Source: Oceanispirochaeta sp.
GTDB taxonomy: Bacteria; Spirochaetota; Spirochaetia; DSM-2461
Direction of reading: 5' to 3'
NCBI GenBank assembly: GCA_963663385.2
Contig: CAXXXD010000003.1
Location: 1,248,001 to 1,312,000 of the forward strand
DNA length: 64,000 nt
Of this stretch, positions 20,165 to 30,350 are shown piece by piece. The translations under genes and the position numbers were made by a program. The stretch's first letter is position 1. The number at the start of each line of letters is the position of its first letter. The notes under the pieces were generated by a model. That model saw only the letters and a program-made list of their open reading frames with translations. It had not been told where the DNA came from and did not search any database.

Positions 20165-21722
20165 AAGACTGACATTTGCCATTATCAGCCATCCTGATGC
20201 CGGGAAAACAACAATAACAGAAAAACTTCTCCTCTTTGGAGGAGCAATTCATGCGGCCGGTGCCGTCAAGTCGGGTAAAAATACAAAAAAAACAGTTTCC
20301 GACTTTATGGAGATTGAAAAGGACAGGGGTATCTCTATCTCTACTTCTGTAATGGGTTTCGACTACAGGGGTAGAAAAGTGAATATCCTGGACACTCCGG
20401 GACATGCCGATTTCTCGGAGGATACCTATCGGACACTTACAGCGGTAGACAGCACCCTTATGGTTATCGACTCGGTTAAAGGTGTAGAGGAACGAACCAG
20501 AAAGCTCTGTGAAATCTGCCGTATGCGAAAAACACCCATTATTACTTTTATCAATAAGTTTGATCGGGAAGGTAAAGATCCCATGGAACTTCTGGATGAA
20601 GTAGAAGAGGAACTGAAAGTAACAGTATGCCCCATGAGCTGGCCTGTCGGACAGGGACAGAATCTCAAAGGGGTATACAGTCTGTTTGAAAAAAGGCTGA
20701 TACTGTTTAATGCTCATGAGATTCAGGAAGCGGAAAACTCTATTGTTATAAATGACCTGAACAGTGATGACCTGGATAAGTGTATTGGTGAATCAAACGC
20801 AGAGAAACTGCGGGAGGATCTGGAACTGATCACTGAAATCTATCCTGAATATGATGAGGATCTATATCTGTCCGGAGAGTTGACTCCTGTATTCTTCGGG
20901 AGTGCTATTAATAACTTTGGTGTACGGGAACTTCTTGACTGTTTCGTTGATGTTGCGCCCGGTCCCGGGGCATTTGAAGCTGAGTCGAGAATGGTGGAAG
21001 CGGAAGAAAAGAAATTCACAGGATTTATCTTTAAGATTCATGCCAATCTGGATCCCAGGCATAGAGACAGGATCGCTTTTATGCGGGTCGTTTCTGGAGA
21101 GTTTGAGAAAAATAAAATTTACAACCATGTCAGAACAGGAAAGGGTTTCAAAACATCCAACCCCACAGCCTTTATGGCGCAAAACCGCAATATCATTGAT
21201 ACTGCCATTCCCGGTGATATCATAGGTCTTCATGACACGGGGACTTTTAAAATCGGAGACACCCTGAGCGAAGGGGAAGCTATTCAGTTCAAAGGGATTC
21301 CAAACTTTGCTCCCCAGATATTTAAAACCGTTGTGAATAAGGATCCTCTTAAGGATAAACAGTTTAACAAAGGACTGGAACAATTGGCAGAGGAGGGTGT
21401 CGTTCAAATTTTCACAAAGCTTTCTACCAAACAGAAACTGATAGGTGTTGTAGGTGCTCTTCAGCTTGAAGTAATACAACACAGGATGGAAAACGAGTAT
21501 AAGGCTACTTGCAGATTCGAACCGGTTGATTTTCAGACAGCCTGCTGGATTGATGCGGATGAACGGAAAGTCCTGGATAAATTCTGTGCAGACAACCAGA
21601 GTAAAATAGCAAAGGATGTGAGGGGACAGCTTATCTACCTGGCTCCCAGTCGCTGGATGCTGGACAGAACTGTAGAAGAATACAAGGGGTTAAAATACTA
21701 CTTCACATCCGATTTGAAATAA
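20154..21722 (+). CDS. prfC: peptide chain release factor 3
   Basis: TFAIISHPDAGKTTITEKLLL, DTPGHADFSEDTYRTL, NKFD and HRDRIAF. Confidence 0.97.
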   Translation: MENKRLTFAIISHPDAGKTTITEKLLLFGGAIHAAGAVKSGKNTKKTVSDFMEIEKDRGISISTSVMGFDYRGRKVNILDTPGHADFSEDTYRTLTAVDSTLMVIDSVKGVEERTRKLCEICRMRKTPIITFINKFDREGKDPMELLDEVEEELKVTVCPMSWPVGQGQNLKGVYSLFEKRLILFNAHEIQEAENSIVINDLNSDDLDKCIGESNAEKLREDLELITEIYPEYDEDLYLSGELTPVFFGSAINNFGVRELLDCFVDVAPGPGAFEAESRMVEAEEKKFTGFIFKIHANLDPRHRDRIAFMRVVSGEFEKNKIYNHVRTGKGFKTSNPTAFMAQNRNIIDTAIPGDIIGLHDTGTFKIGDTLSEGEAIQFKGIPNFAPQIFKTVVNKDPLKDKQFNKGLEQLAEEGVVQIFTKLSTKQKLIGVVGALQLEVIQHRMENEYKATCRFEPVDFQTACWIDADERKVLDKFCADNQSKIAKDVRGQLIYLAPSRWMLDRTVEEYKGLKYYFTSDLK

Positions 21723-21794
21723 ACAAAACCTTTTTTGTAACACAGTTACGACTCTGTAGTTTAACTAATAGCAAACTTGAGGAATGACACTGAA

Positions 21795-22757
21795 ATGAAT
21801 ACGGAAATGATTGAAGAATCACAGGCAAAAACCAGTTCTGTACTGGAGAATATAAAATCGGAAATTTCAAAAGTTATAGTTGGACAGGATAGGATCATTG
21901 AAAGGCTGCTTTTAGGACTGATCTGTAATCAGCATATTCTTCTGGAAGGGGTGCCCGGGCTTGCCAAGACCCTTCTGGTCTCCACACTTTCCAAAGTGAT
22001 TCAGGCCGACTCGGGCAGGATCCAGTTTACTCCGGATCTTCTTCCGGCGGATTTGACGGGAACCCTGATTTATAATCCTTCAGAAAGCAGCTTCTATTCA
22101 CGGAAAGGACCGGTTTTTACAAACATCCTTTTAGCGGATGAAATAAACAGAGCTCCGGCCAAAGTTCAGAGTGCTCTGCTTGAAGCCATGCAGGAGAGGC
22201 AGGTAACAATAGGGGATGAATCCTTCCCTCTGGATGATCTATTTATGGTACTGGCCACACAGAACCCGGTAGAGCAGGAGGGTACCTATCCTCTTCCCGA
22301 AGCACAGGTAGACCGTTTTATGATGAAACTTCTTGTCAGTTATCCCGAGAAGGACGAGGAATTGCAGATTATCCGCTCCCACAGCCGAAAATCAAAAGTT
22401 CCGGAAGTAACAGCGGTCTGCCAGGCTGCGGATATACTGAAACTGAGAAGAGAAGCGGAAGATGTTTTCATTGATGCCAGGATCGAGGAGTATATTGTTG
22501 ATATTATTCAGGAGAGTAGAAAAGAGAATGAGTACATACAGTTCGGGGCGTCTCCCCGGGCTTCCATCTTTCTTTGTCAGGCAGCCAGAGGACTGGCTCT
22601 TCTCAGAGGGCGGAACTATGTCAAACCTCAGGATATCAGAGAGATCGCCCCGGATATTCTGAGACACAGGATAATTATTTCATATGAGGCCGAGGCAGAA
22701 GGGATTACACCGGATGACCTGATCCAGAGGATATTATCTAACGTATCTGCTCTATAA
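21795..22757 (+). CDS. moxR: MoxR family AAA+ ATPase
   Basis: GVPGLAKT, RIQFTPDLLPAD, LADEINRAPAKVQSALLEAM and TQNPVEQEGTYPLPEAQVDRF; start could be 21777, 21795 or 21807. Confidence 0.95.
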   Translation: MNTEMIEESQAKTSSVLENIKSEISKVIVGQDRIIERLLLGLICNQHILLEGVPGLAKTLLVSTLSKVIQADSGRIQFTPDLLPADLTGTLIYNPSESSFYSRKGPVFTNILLADEINRAPAKVQSALLEAMQERQVTIGDESFPLDDLFMVLATQNPVEQEGTYPLPEAQVDRFMMKLLVSYPEKDEELQIIRSHSRKSKVPEVTAVCQAADILKLRREAEDVFIDARIEEYIVDIIQESRKENEYIQFGASPRASIFLCQAARGLALLRGRNYVKPQDIREIAPDILRHRIIISYEAEAEGITPDDLIQRILSNVSAL

Positions 22758-22763
22758 CGCAAC

Positions 22764-23639
22764 ATGATTGATAAAGAACTCAGAAAAAAAATGGAACAGA
22801 TCCGGGTTATAACCCGGAAGAAAATTACCGCTTCTTTTGCCGGTGACTACCAGAGCGCCTTTAAAGGCCGGGGGATGGAGTTTGAGGAAGTTCGTCCCTA
22901 TCAGCCGGGGGATGAAATCCGCTTTATAGACTGGAACGTTACGGCCCGTTCAGGAGAACCCTGGATAAAGGTATTCCGGGAGGAACGGGAGCTGACCATG
23001 TTCCTTATGGTGGATCTGTCTCCGTCCGGACAGTTCTCTTCGGGCAGTAAGTCAAAAAATGAAATGGCGGCCGAGTTATGCGCCATGCTTGCCTATACGG
23101 CCATCAGCAATAATGACCGGGTAGGGCTTAGTATTTTTACAGACAGCGTTGAAAAAGTTATTCATCCCGGAAAAGGGAATCGCCATGTTCTCCACCTTAT
23201 CCGGGAAGTGCTGACACATAAACCGTCAGGTTCGGGTACATCAATAAAGACGGCTTTGGATTATAGTGCCTCCATATTGAAGAAAAGAGCCATTATCATA
23301 CTTGTATCGGACTTTCTGGACACCGGTTATGAGGATGCCCTTGCCTATATGGGAGAGAAACATGACCTGGTTTGTATCCAGCTTCAGGACAGAAGAGAAA
23401 TAGATCCTCCCGGCAGGGGGATATTTCTCTTGCGGGATGCAGAGAGCGGGAAGAAAAACTATGTGGATTTCAATGATAAAATAACTCGCCAAAACTGGAT
23501 AACCCAAATGAGGAAACGACAGTGCGAACTGGAAAAGACCATGAGGCGGAAGCAGGCGGATCTTATAACTCTCAAACCGGATGATGACTGGGTAAAATCC
23601 CTGACAAAATTCTTTATCGACAGAGGAAACAGAATATGA
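22764..23639 (+). CDS. DUF58 domain protein (VWA-like MoxR partner)
   Basis: GMEFEEVRPYQPGDEIRFIDWNVTAR, REERE and VSDFLD. Confidence 0.92.
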   Translation: MIDKELRKKMEQIRVITRKKITASFAGDYQSAFKGRGMEFEEVRPYQPGDEIRFIDWNVTARSGEPWIKVFREERELTMFLMVDLSPSGQFSSGSKSKNEMAAELCAMLAYTAISNNDRVGLSIFTDSVEKVIHPGKGNRHVLHLIREVLTHKPSGSGTSIKTALDYSASILKKRAIIILVSDFLDTGYEDALAYMGEKHDLVCIQLQDRREIDPPGRGIFLLRDAESGKKNYVDFNDKITRQNWITQMRKRQCELEKTMRRKQADLITLKPDDDWVKSLTKFFIDRGNRI

Positions 23640-24583
23640 AAAGAATCGGAATCCTCTGTTTTGTTCTGTTATGTTCCTGTTCAGTAACTCAGAATAGAAA
23701 GACTGTTTCCTCCTCCGCTCTTATCCATAATACCATTGAGAATGAATACGGATCTTTTGATTTGGCCTATGCATCAGATACATATAATTTCATTGATGAA
23801 ATAGAGATTACCCTGAACCTTTCGGAAGGTATATTTCTTCCGGAAAACCTTCCGGAAGAAGGGACTGAATGGGGGGATTTTCTTGTTAGAAAGAAAATAG
23901 TTCATTCACATGAATCCTGCAGCTGGATACTGCTTCCGGAAAAGATAGGGCAGGCGGAGTTGACACCACTCTCTCTTCTGCTTACAACCAGAGAGAATGA
24001 GCCTGTATCTGTAAGTTTTTCTCCTATTCAACTGAATATAAAATCCGTATTAAAGGATGACTCAGGAGAACTGGAGGATTTGATCGTTCCTGAAATGGCA
24101 GATTCTGCAGACAGTTCTGTCTGGATTCCGGTTCTGGCCGCGTCCCTCATGGGTATACTTCTGATAATCGGGTATTTCTTCTACCTGAGGGAGAAAAAGA
24201 GAAAAAGAGATCCTGAGGAGCCATTCAGCCGGGATATCCTTGAATCATGCTCTGACCTGATAAACCTCCGGGATTTCAATGAAAAGGAAATAAAAGACCA
24301 GTATCGTCAGGTTTATTACTTTTTGGCAGAATTCCTGCATGCCCTATGCCCGTCAATACCAAAGGGGCTGGATCCCAGTGCTCTGATCATTGAACTGGAA
24401 CGGCCGTCCAGTTTAAATCAATGGGCCCTGAGAACCCTCTATCCTGTATTGAAGGAGATGGAAGAGATATTTTTTAATCCCGGAGTTCTCATGCCTTCAG
24501 GAACTATTAAAAAAGGTCATTTTAATACCATTCTGGAGTGTATGGTTTTTCTTGAAAAAGAGGAGGGAAAGCCGGATGTATAA
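23636..24583 (+). CDS. Bat-cluster membrane-associated protein (possible lipoprotein with internal TM segment)
   Basis: Signal-like N-terminus LLCSC; TM VWIPVLAASLMGILLIIGYFFYL followed by RKKRKR-like basic stretch; lies between DUF58 and batA. Confidence 0.65.
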   Translation: MKRIGILCFVLLCSCSVTQNRKTVSSSALIHNTIENEYGSFDLAYASDTYNFIDEIEITLNLSEGIFLPENLPEEGTEWGDFLVRKKIVHSHESCSWILLPEKIGQAELTPLSLLLTTRENEPVSVSFSPIQLNIKSVLKDDSGELEDLIVPEMADSADSSVWIPVLAASLMGILLIIGYFFYLREKKRKRDPEEPFSRDILESCSDLINLRDFNEKEIKDQYRQVYYFLAEFLHALCPSIPKGLDPSALIIELERPSSLNQWALRTLYPVLKEMEEIFFNPGVLMPSGTIKKGHFNTILECMVFLEKEEGKPDV

Positions 24584-25574
24584 ACTTGATCAACCCCTTT
24601 TCCTGCTGTTTTTTATTCTTCTTATCCCGGGTATTTACCTGTGGAAAAGAAAGAAGCCTCAGGGGATACTTTTTACCTCATTTATTTCCGGAGCATTTTT
24701 AAAAACCTGGAGAATCAGACTCCTTTTCCTTCCCGGTTTGTTTTATATTCTGGCCGTTCTGGGCTTTATCCTGGCTCTTTGCAGACCTGTCTACCAGCAG
24801 GGTGATACCAGGGATATAAAAGAGGGTATTGTCATGGAGGTTATACTGGACCGAAGCGGCAGTATGGGAACATGGATGGACAAGGAATTGACCACCAACC
24901 GTCTGGATATTGTAAAAAAGACCTTTCTGGAATTTCTGGAAGAGAGAGAGGACGATATTATTGGATTAACCATTTTTGCCGGGTACGCAGACACCCTGAG
25001 CCCTCTAACAGTTTCTCATGGCGTTTTCCCCCAGTTCATAGATTCAATTTCCCTGGCTGAAAAAGAGGCGGACGGCACAGCCATCGGAGATGCTATTGCA
25101 CTGGGAATCGCCAGAATAGAGTCCTTTAGAAAAGGGCTGGAAAAAAAGAGTGATGCTGTAATAATTCTTCTTACGGATGGACAGAATAACAGAGGTGAAT
25201 TGAAACCAATGGAAGCTGCCGAAATGGCGGCAGCCAGGAATATCACTATCTATACAATCGGCTTCGGTGGCGGTTACTACCGGAATGCCTTTGGTTTTCT
25301 GCAGGAGATTCCTCCTGAATACGAAGTTGATGGGAAAACACTGACTGAAGTGGCCGAAAAGACAGGCGGTATGTACTTTAATGCGGAGGACGAATCCTCG
25401 CTTCGAAAAATTTACAGTAAAATCGACCGTATGGAGCAGACTGAAATCGAAAATATTACTTTTACCAGAAAAGATGAGTTATTTCAGTTTGTTCTTCTGA
25501 TATCCCTTGCTTTTCTGTTTGCAGGTATTCTTTTGAATGAACTGCTGATACCTGCTGTGGAGCACGACCTGTGA
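24576..25574 (+). CDS. batA: BatA-like VWA domain protein
   Basis: N-terminal TM, ALCRP, MIDAS DRSGSM, TAIGDAIA and LLTDGQNN; C-terminal TM; ATG at 24576 after AGGAGG. Confidence 0.85.
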   Translation: MYKLDQPLFLLFFILLIPGIYLWKRKKPQGILFTSFISGAFLKTWRIRLLFLPGLFYILAVLGFILALCRPVYQQGDTRDIKEGIVMEVILDRSGSMGTWMDKELTTNRLDIVKKTFLEFLEEREDDIIGLTIFAGYADTLSPLTVSHGVFPQFIDSISLAEKEADGTAIGDAIALGIARIESFRKGLEKKSDAVIILLTDGQNNRGELKPMEAAEMAAARNITIYTIGFGGGYYRNAFGFLQEIPPEYEVDGKTLTEVAEKTGGMYFNAEDESSLRKIYSKIDRMEQTEIENITFTRKDELFQFVLLISLAFLFAGILLNELLIPAVEHDL

Positions 25575-26539
25575 TGTTTTTAAATCCGGAGTATGCCGCT
25601 CTTTTCATTTTACCCGTATTGATTCTCCTGTTTTCCTTTTTGGGTAGAAGCATACGTTTCTCGGCTTACAGGGAGATGACCGGAAAAATACAGTTGAATT
25701 CTCTTTCTCCGGGTACTCTGATAATCCTTCCGGCAGTAGTTCTGATTGTCCTGTCGTTAATGCGTCCCGTCTCTCACCCGGAAGAGCAGGAGATAGAAAT
25801 GGAAGGCCGTAATATTGTCTTTCTGGTTGATGTATCCCGCAGTATGCTGGCTGAAGATCTGATTCCCGACAGACTGGACCGAACCCGTTTTGATTTGCAG
25901 GCAGCCCTGCCTTTCCTGGCAGGACATCGTGTTGCCCTTGTTGCATTTGCCGGAGATACGGTTCTTAAATGCCCACTCACAACAGACTATACCTTTTTTT
26001 ACCAGGCCGTTTCAGACCTCTCCACCCGGAGTGTCACAAAGGGCGGCAGCAGTATCGGTGATGCCTTGCGTTTTGTAATAAATGATCTTTTTCCTGATGA
26101 GACAGATATGATGGATATAATACTTATCACAGACGGGGAGGATCAGGAAACATATCCTGTTGAAGCAGCCTGTAAAGCTAAGGATAAAGGAATCCGGATT
26201 ATATCGATTGCCATGGGTAATGAGAAGGACGCCACACCAATTCCGGCAGCCGGAGAAGCGGAAGGAAGTGAATTCCTGACCTATAACAACGAGATTGTTC
26301 TTTCCTATCCGGATATTCAGACACTAGCCGAGGTGGCCGAAGCATCGAGGGGAGGTTGGATGATCAATGTCTCTGCCGGTTCTATTGATTTTGACAGGAT
26401 ACTCCGGGAAATGAGTGGACCCAGAGAAGAAACCGGGTCCTTTAAACATGTAACCTATACTGAATACTATCAGTGGTTTCTTCTTCCGGCTCTGATTCTT
26501 CTACTCTCCGGGTTATATTACAGGAAAATATATGGATAG
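25571..26539 (+). CDS. batB: BatB-like VWA domain protein
   Basis: DVSRSMLAED, PDRL, CPLTTDY and ITDGED; C-terminal YQWFLLPALILL. Confidence 0.85.
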   Translation: MMFLNPEYAALFILPVLILLFSFLGRSIRFSAYREMTGKIQLNSLSPGTLIILPAVVLIVLSLMRPVSHPEEQEIEMEGRNIVFLVDVSRSMLAEDLIPDRLDRTRFDLQAALPFLAGHRVALVAFAGDTVLKCPLTTDYTFFYQAVSDLSTRSVTKGGSSIGDALRFVINDLFPDETDMMDIILITDGEDQETYPVEAACKAKDKGIRIISIAMGNEKDATPIPAAGEAEGSEFLTYNNEIVLSYPDIQTLAEVAEASRGGWMINVSAGSIDFDRILREMSGPREETGSFKHVTYTEYYQWFLLPALILLLSGLYYRKIYG

Positions 26540-27347
26540 AAGTCTCTTATTTAAAGTTATTCCGTTTCTGGTTTTTTTTCTCTGCATCAAGATATTGAGT
26601 GCCGAAGAAGCAGATCCTTATGCATTGTACTCACAGGGGAGTTTTTCGGAAGCGGCAGAACAATTTCTGAATAGCGCAGACAACACAGCAGACGATAAGG
26701 CACTCAGTAGAAGATATTATAATGCCGCCCGGGCTTTTCAGGAAGATTACAGGCAGAACCGGACTCCTGACTCCCTGAGTAAAGCCGTTGATCTTTACTA
26801 CAGGGTTCTGCAGCTGGATAAGGAAAACGATTCCGCAGCACATAATCTGGAACTGGCCAGAATGGAACAGATACAAAACCAGACAGAGCCGCAGAACGGT
26901 GAAAATCAGCAGAATGAGGATCAACAAAAACAGAATAGTCAGATGGACAATCAGAAGCAGGAAAAAAGCCTCTCTGAAAAACAGGAGGAACTTTCCGGAA
27001 GAAAGGATCAGAACAGTCCTGAACACAGGGAAGAACAGAAAAAGCTGAATGAGGAAACCAGAGAACAGATGGAGTCAGAGAAAGATTCCGCAAAAAAACA
27101 GCAGATGAAGGACGCTCTCAAAAAACAGGAAGAAGCTCTATCTCATATGGAGGAAAACAGAAACGAAGAAGCAAGGGAAGCTCAGAAGGAAGCGTCTCAA
27201 CTGTTAAAAGAAGCTTCTGAAGAGCAGCAGAACAGGGATCAACCTCTGGATGAAGATATACAGCAGATTCTGAATAACGAATACAGGCGTCAGCAGCAGG
27301 AAGAACAAAACCAACAGAATATTTATAGCGTGGAGAAGAACTGGTGA
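26532..27347 (+). CDS. batC: BatC-like TPR protein with Q/E-rich tail
   Basis: TPR-like YYNAARA and AAHNLELAR; Q/E/K-rich linker; C-terminal VEKNW typical of BatC. Confidence 0.75.
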   Translation: MDRSLLFKVIPFLVFFLCIKILSAEEADPYALYSQGSFSEAAEQFLNSADNTADDKALSRRYYNAARAFQEDYRQNRTPDSLSKAVDLYYRVLQLDKENDSAAHNLELARMEQIQNQTEPQNGENQQNEDQQKQNSQMDNQKQEKSLSEKQEELSGRKDQNSPEHREEQKKLNEETREQMESEKDSAKKQQMKDALKKQEEALSHMEENRNEEAREAQKEASQLLKEASEEQQNRDQPLDEDIQQILNNEYRRQQQEEQNQQNIYSVEKNW

Positions 27348-29125
27348 AATATAGGATCTCTTTTTTACTCATACTTCTGGGGGTACTTGCACTTTCCCCC
27401 CTCTCATCGCAGAGCGCAAGAGCCGGGCTGGAAAGCGGCTCAGCCTATATTGGCCAACCGGTTCGTTATACCATACAGATATCAGGGGCGGAAAAAGCAG
27501 AACGTCCCGAACTTGAGGGGTTTGCCGGCTTTTCAATAGAGTCGGCCGGGGAATCCACGTCCATGCGCTCTTCGTTTCTTAACGGAAACGGTACCCGTGA
27601 AGTGATAAGCGAATTCACCTGGCTGCTGACACCTGTGAAACTCGGGAATTTAAGCATACCTTCTGTAATAGTCCGGGTTGACGGAAAGGAAATAATGACA
27701 AGACCGGCTAAGCTTGAAGTAATAGAACCAGGCCCGATGGAAGGATACCACCTCTTTCTTTCTGTAGAAGGAGCTACTGCCTTTCCCGGTCTTCCCATCC
27801 GCCTGACATTAAAATGGCTCTTTTCTTCACAGGTATCACAGCCGGAATTCTCACTGCCATTTCTGGAGAATCCGAATTTGAAGATAGGGCATCTGCCGGC
27901 CCCGTCTGTTCAGACGAATGATATCTATCAGTTCACGATAAACGGCTATCCTGTCTATGCCACGCAATCAGCAGAAATATATGAGGGGGAGCAGTACGCT
28001 TCCCTGACTATGGAGTGGGATATCTATCCGGTTAAAAGCGGTCCATTATCCATCAATCAGGCAATTCTCTCCTTTAAAAGAGGAGTCGGACGCGATGGCT
28101 GGGGCAATGCAAAATATGAAACAGCAGTAATCCCATCAAACCAGCTCGAAATTAATGTTCATGAGGTTCCAGAACAGTTAAAGAACTTTCCCGGAGGCCT
28201 TCTGATCTCAAAGGATCAAATGGGTGTGTCCCTGAATCTGGATCAGAGTAAGGTCTACCCGGGAGATCCTATAACAGCGGAAATCAGATTGGAAAATCTG
28301 ATTCAACCGGGTATGACCAATTTTAAGGGGCTTCATGAGTTCCCTGATCTGCAGGAACAGTTCAGAGTGGACAGTTCTTCCCTGATTTCGTACGAAGAAG
28401 ATGGCACACTGGTTATCAAGCAGACTTTAAGAGCTCGGAGTGATAGTGCCGTGGCATTCCCTTCCCTTGAGTTTCTCTACTACAATCAGAAAACCGGAAA
28501 GATAGATTCCGTTCTGACCGATCCGGTCGATCTTGAGATAATTCCCATCCAGCGAACGGACAGGGCAGCGGTTCTATCCAGCAGGATTTATAACTCGGTA
28601 GAATCTTTCGGAGAATCGGATTTGCTCTCTTTAAACTATAATGCTACCCTTGATGGAGTTAAAAACCATTGGTATGAAACAGTCCCGCTCTGGATGTTTC
28701 TGTTTATTCCTCCCTTACTGTACATGATTATGATTTGTATACAGCTTCTCAGAGAAGGGAATGCGGTACTGAAAATAGTATCCCTTTTAAAAAGGGATGA
28801 TTCCTATTCAAGGCTCAAAACACAGATTAATAAACTCCATAAGGAACCATCACTGAAAAACATAGGATACTTCAATATGTTCATTCGAGAATGGCTTGAG
28901 GAAGATAACCATATTAAGGCAAACAGTTCTCCTGAACTCTTTGCAGAAGTACTGCTTGAAAAAAAGGGATCAAAACGTGCCGGGGAAATACTGGTTCTTA
29001 TGGATAAAATGGATCGGCTGGTCTGGTCTGATCAGGGATCAGATAAAGATGCGGAAATATCTGCCATCCTGCCGGAGATTTGTCCGGATCTCTTCCTGGG
29101 TAGCAAAGGGAGAAAAATTTCATGA
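27344..29125 (+). CDS. batD: BatD-like protein
   Basis: Signal peptide, Ig-like segments (LTPVKLGNLSIPSVIVRVDG) and a late TM segment; position in the operon. Confidence 0.75.
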   Translation: MKYRISFLLILLGVLALSPLSSQSARAGLESGSAYIGQPVRYTIQISGAEKAERPELEGFAGFSIESAGESTSMRSSFLNGNGTREVISEFTWLLTPVKLGNLSIPSVIVRVDGKEIMTRPAKLEVIEPGPMEGYHLFLSVEGATAFPGLPIRLTLKWLFSSQVSQPEFSLPFLENPNLKIGHLPAPSVQTNDIYQFTINGYPVYATQSAEIYEGEQYASLTMEWDIYPVKSGPLSINQAILSFKRGVGRDGWGNAKYETAVIPSNQLEINVHEVPEQLKNFPGGLLISKDQMGVSLNLDQSKVYPGDPITAEIRLENLIQPGMTNFKGLHEFPDLQEQFRVDSSSLISYEEDGTLVIKQTLRARSDSAVAFPSLEFLYYNQKTGKIDSVLTDPVDLEIIPIQRTDRAAVLSSRIYNSVESFGESDLLSLNYNATLDGVKNHWYETVPLWMFLFIPPLLYMIMICIQLLREGNAVLKIVSLLKRDDSYSRLKTQINKLHKEPSLKNIGYFNMFIREWLEEDNHIKANSSPELFAEVLLEKKGSKRAGEILVLMDKMDRLVWSDQGSDKDAEISAILPEICPDLFLGSKGRKIS

Positions 29126-29925
29126 ATAAGATTCCTGTTTCGAACAGAATATTAACTGTTTTTTGCATGATATGTGTCTTAACAACATCATCCTTTCTCC
29201 TGTTTTCCTCAAGTCAAAGGTCTGAGAATTGGAAAATATCTCTGGAAAAAGCTGAAGAATTTTTCCAGGAAGGCCTTGATAACCGGATGGATTCCTTTTT
29301 TCTCGCCATTGATGAATATAAGAAGGCGATGGAGTCAGGAGCCCCCCAGGATGCCCGTATTTACTATAACTGGGGGAATTCTCTCTATATGACCGGTTTT
29401 ATACCTGAGGCAGCCTTTCAATACAGACGAGCCCTTTATCTAAAACCGGGCGACAGTAAAATAAGAGAGAATCTTGCCCTGGCACTTGATGGTCAGAGTG
29501 ATGATCAGAATAATTCCCTTCTTCATAGAGTATTGTTTGCGCCCATATTTGTTTCAGGATACAGGGAAGCCCTTTACGGAGGACTGTTTCTCTTCAGCTT
29601 GTCGTGGATTCTACTGATAGCAGGTCTTTTAACCCGTAAAAAAACGGGAATATATTTCATGGTTTTATTCTGTTTATCCCTGTGTATACTTTCCGTTTGT
29701 GGAATCTGGCATTACAGAGCCTCAAAAACAGGAGTAATCCTGACCCGGAACGTTTCGCTGAGAAAAGGAGACAGTATCGCTTATGATCTGACAGGGAATC
29801 AGGGGATTCGGGGGGGGACAGTTTTCCAGTTGCTGAAAGAACGGAACGGATGGCAGTTGATTCGGCTTGAGAACAGTCAGGAGGGCTGGATTGAATCATT
29901 GGATACCAGAATGCTTCTGGAGTAA
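29122..29925 (+). CDS. batE: BatE-like TPR plus SH3-like protein
   Basis: YYNWGNSLY...YRRALYLKPGD...RENL TPR; TM segments; C-terminal GWQLIRL...EGWI. Confidence 0.8.
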   Translation: MNKIPVSNRILTVFCMICVLTTSSFLLFSSSQRSENWKISLEKAEEFFQEGLDNRMDSFFLAIDEYKKAMESGAPQDARIYYNWGNSLYMTGFIPEAAFQYRRALYLKPGDSKIRENLALALDGQSDDQNNSLLHRVLFAPIFVSGYREALYGGLFLFSLSWILLIAGLLTRKKTGIYFMVLFCLSLCILSVCGIWHYRASKTGVILTRNVSLRKGDSIAYDLTGNQGIRGGTVFQLLKERNGWQLIRLENSQEGWIESLDTRMLLE

Positions 29926-29972
29926 ACGGATCAGCCTTGATCAATCCCTCTACTTCCGGTTATCTTTCTGAT

Positions 29973-30344
29973 ATGGATAAAATTGAGAATGTCGCAATTC
30001 TGGGCGCCAGTAATAAAACAGACCGTTATTCTTATAAAGCCTTAATTATGCTCCTGGAAAAGGAGCATAATGTGTACCCTGTTCATCCGGTTCTTGAATC
30101 GATCAATGAACAGAAAGTATTTCCCTCTTTGAATGATATTGATGATGAGATACACACTCTGACAGTATACGTAGGTCCCCAGAGGATTTCTCCTCTGATT
30201 AAAGATATTATCAACCTGAATCCGGGCAGGGTTATCCTTAATCCCGGTACAGAGTCAGAAGAGTTGAAAGCAGCTCTTGAAGAAGCAAAAATCCCCTATA
30301 TGGAAGCCTGTACACTTGTTCTGTTAAGAACTGGTCAGTTTTAA
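29973..30344 (+). CDS. CoA-binding protein (YccU-like)
   Basis: VAILGAS...RYSY, VYPVHP, LNPGTE and ACTLVLL; ATG at 29973 preferred. Confidence 0.9.
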   Translation: MDKIENVAILGASNKTDRYSYKALIMLLEKEHNVYPVHPVLESINEQKVFPSLNDIDDEIHTLTVYVGPQRISPLIKDIINLNPGRVILNPGTESEELKAALEEAKIPYMEACTLVLLRTGQF

Positions 30345-30350
30345 ACGACC

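Noticed and set aside
20001..21482. 238-aa and 206-aa minus-strand ORFs
   Set aside because: Antisense shadows of prfC with no recognisable features; the other short nested ORFs in the track were rejected for the same reason
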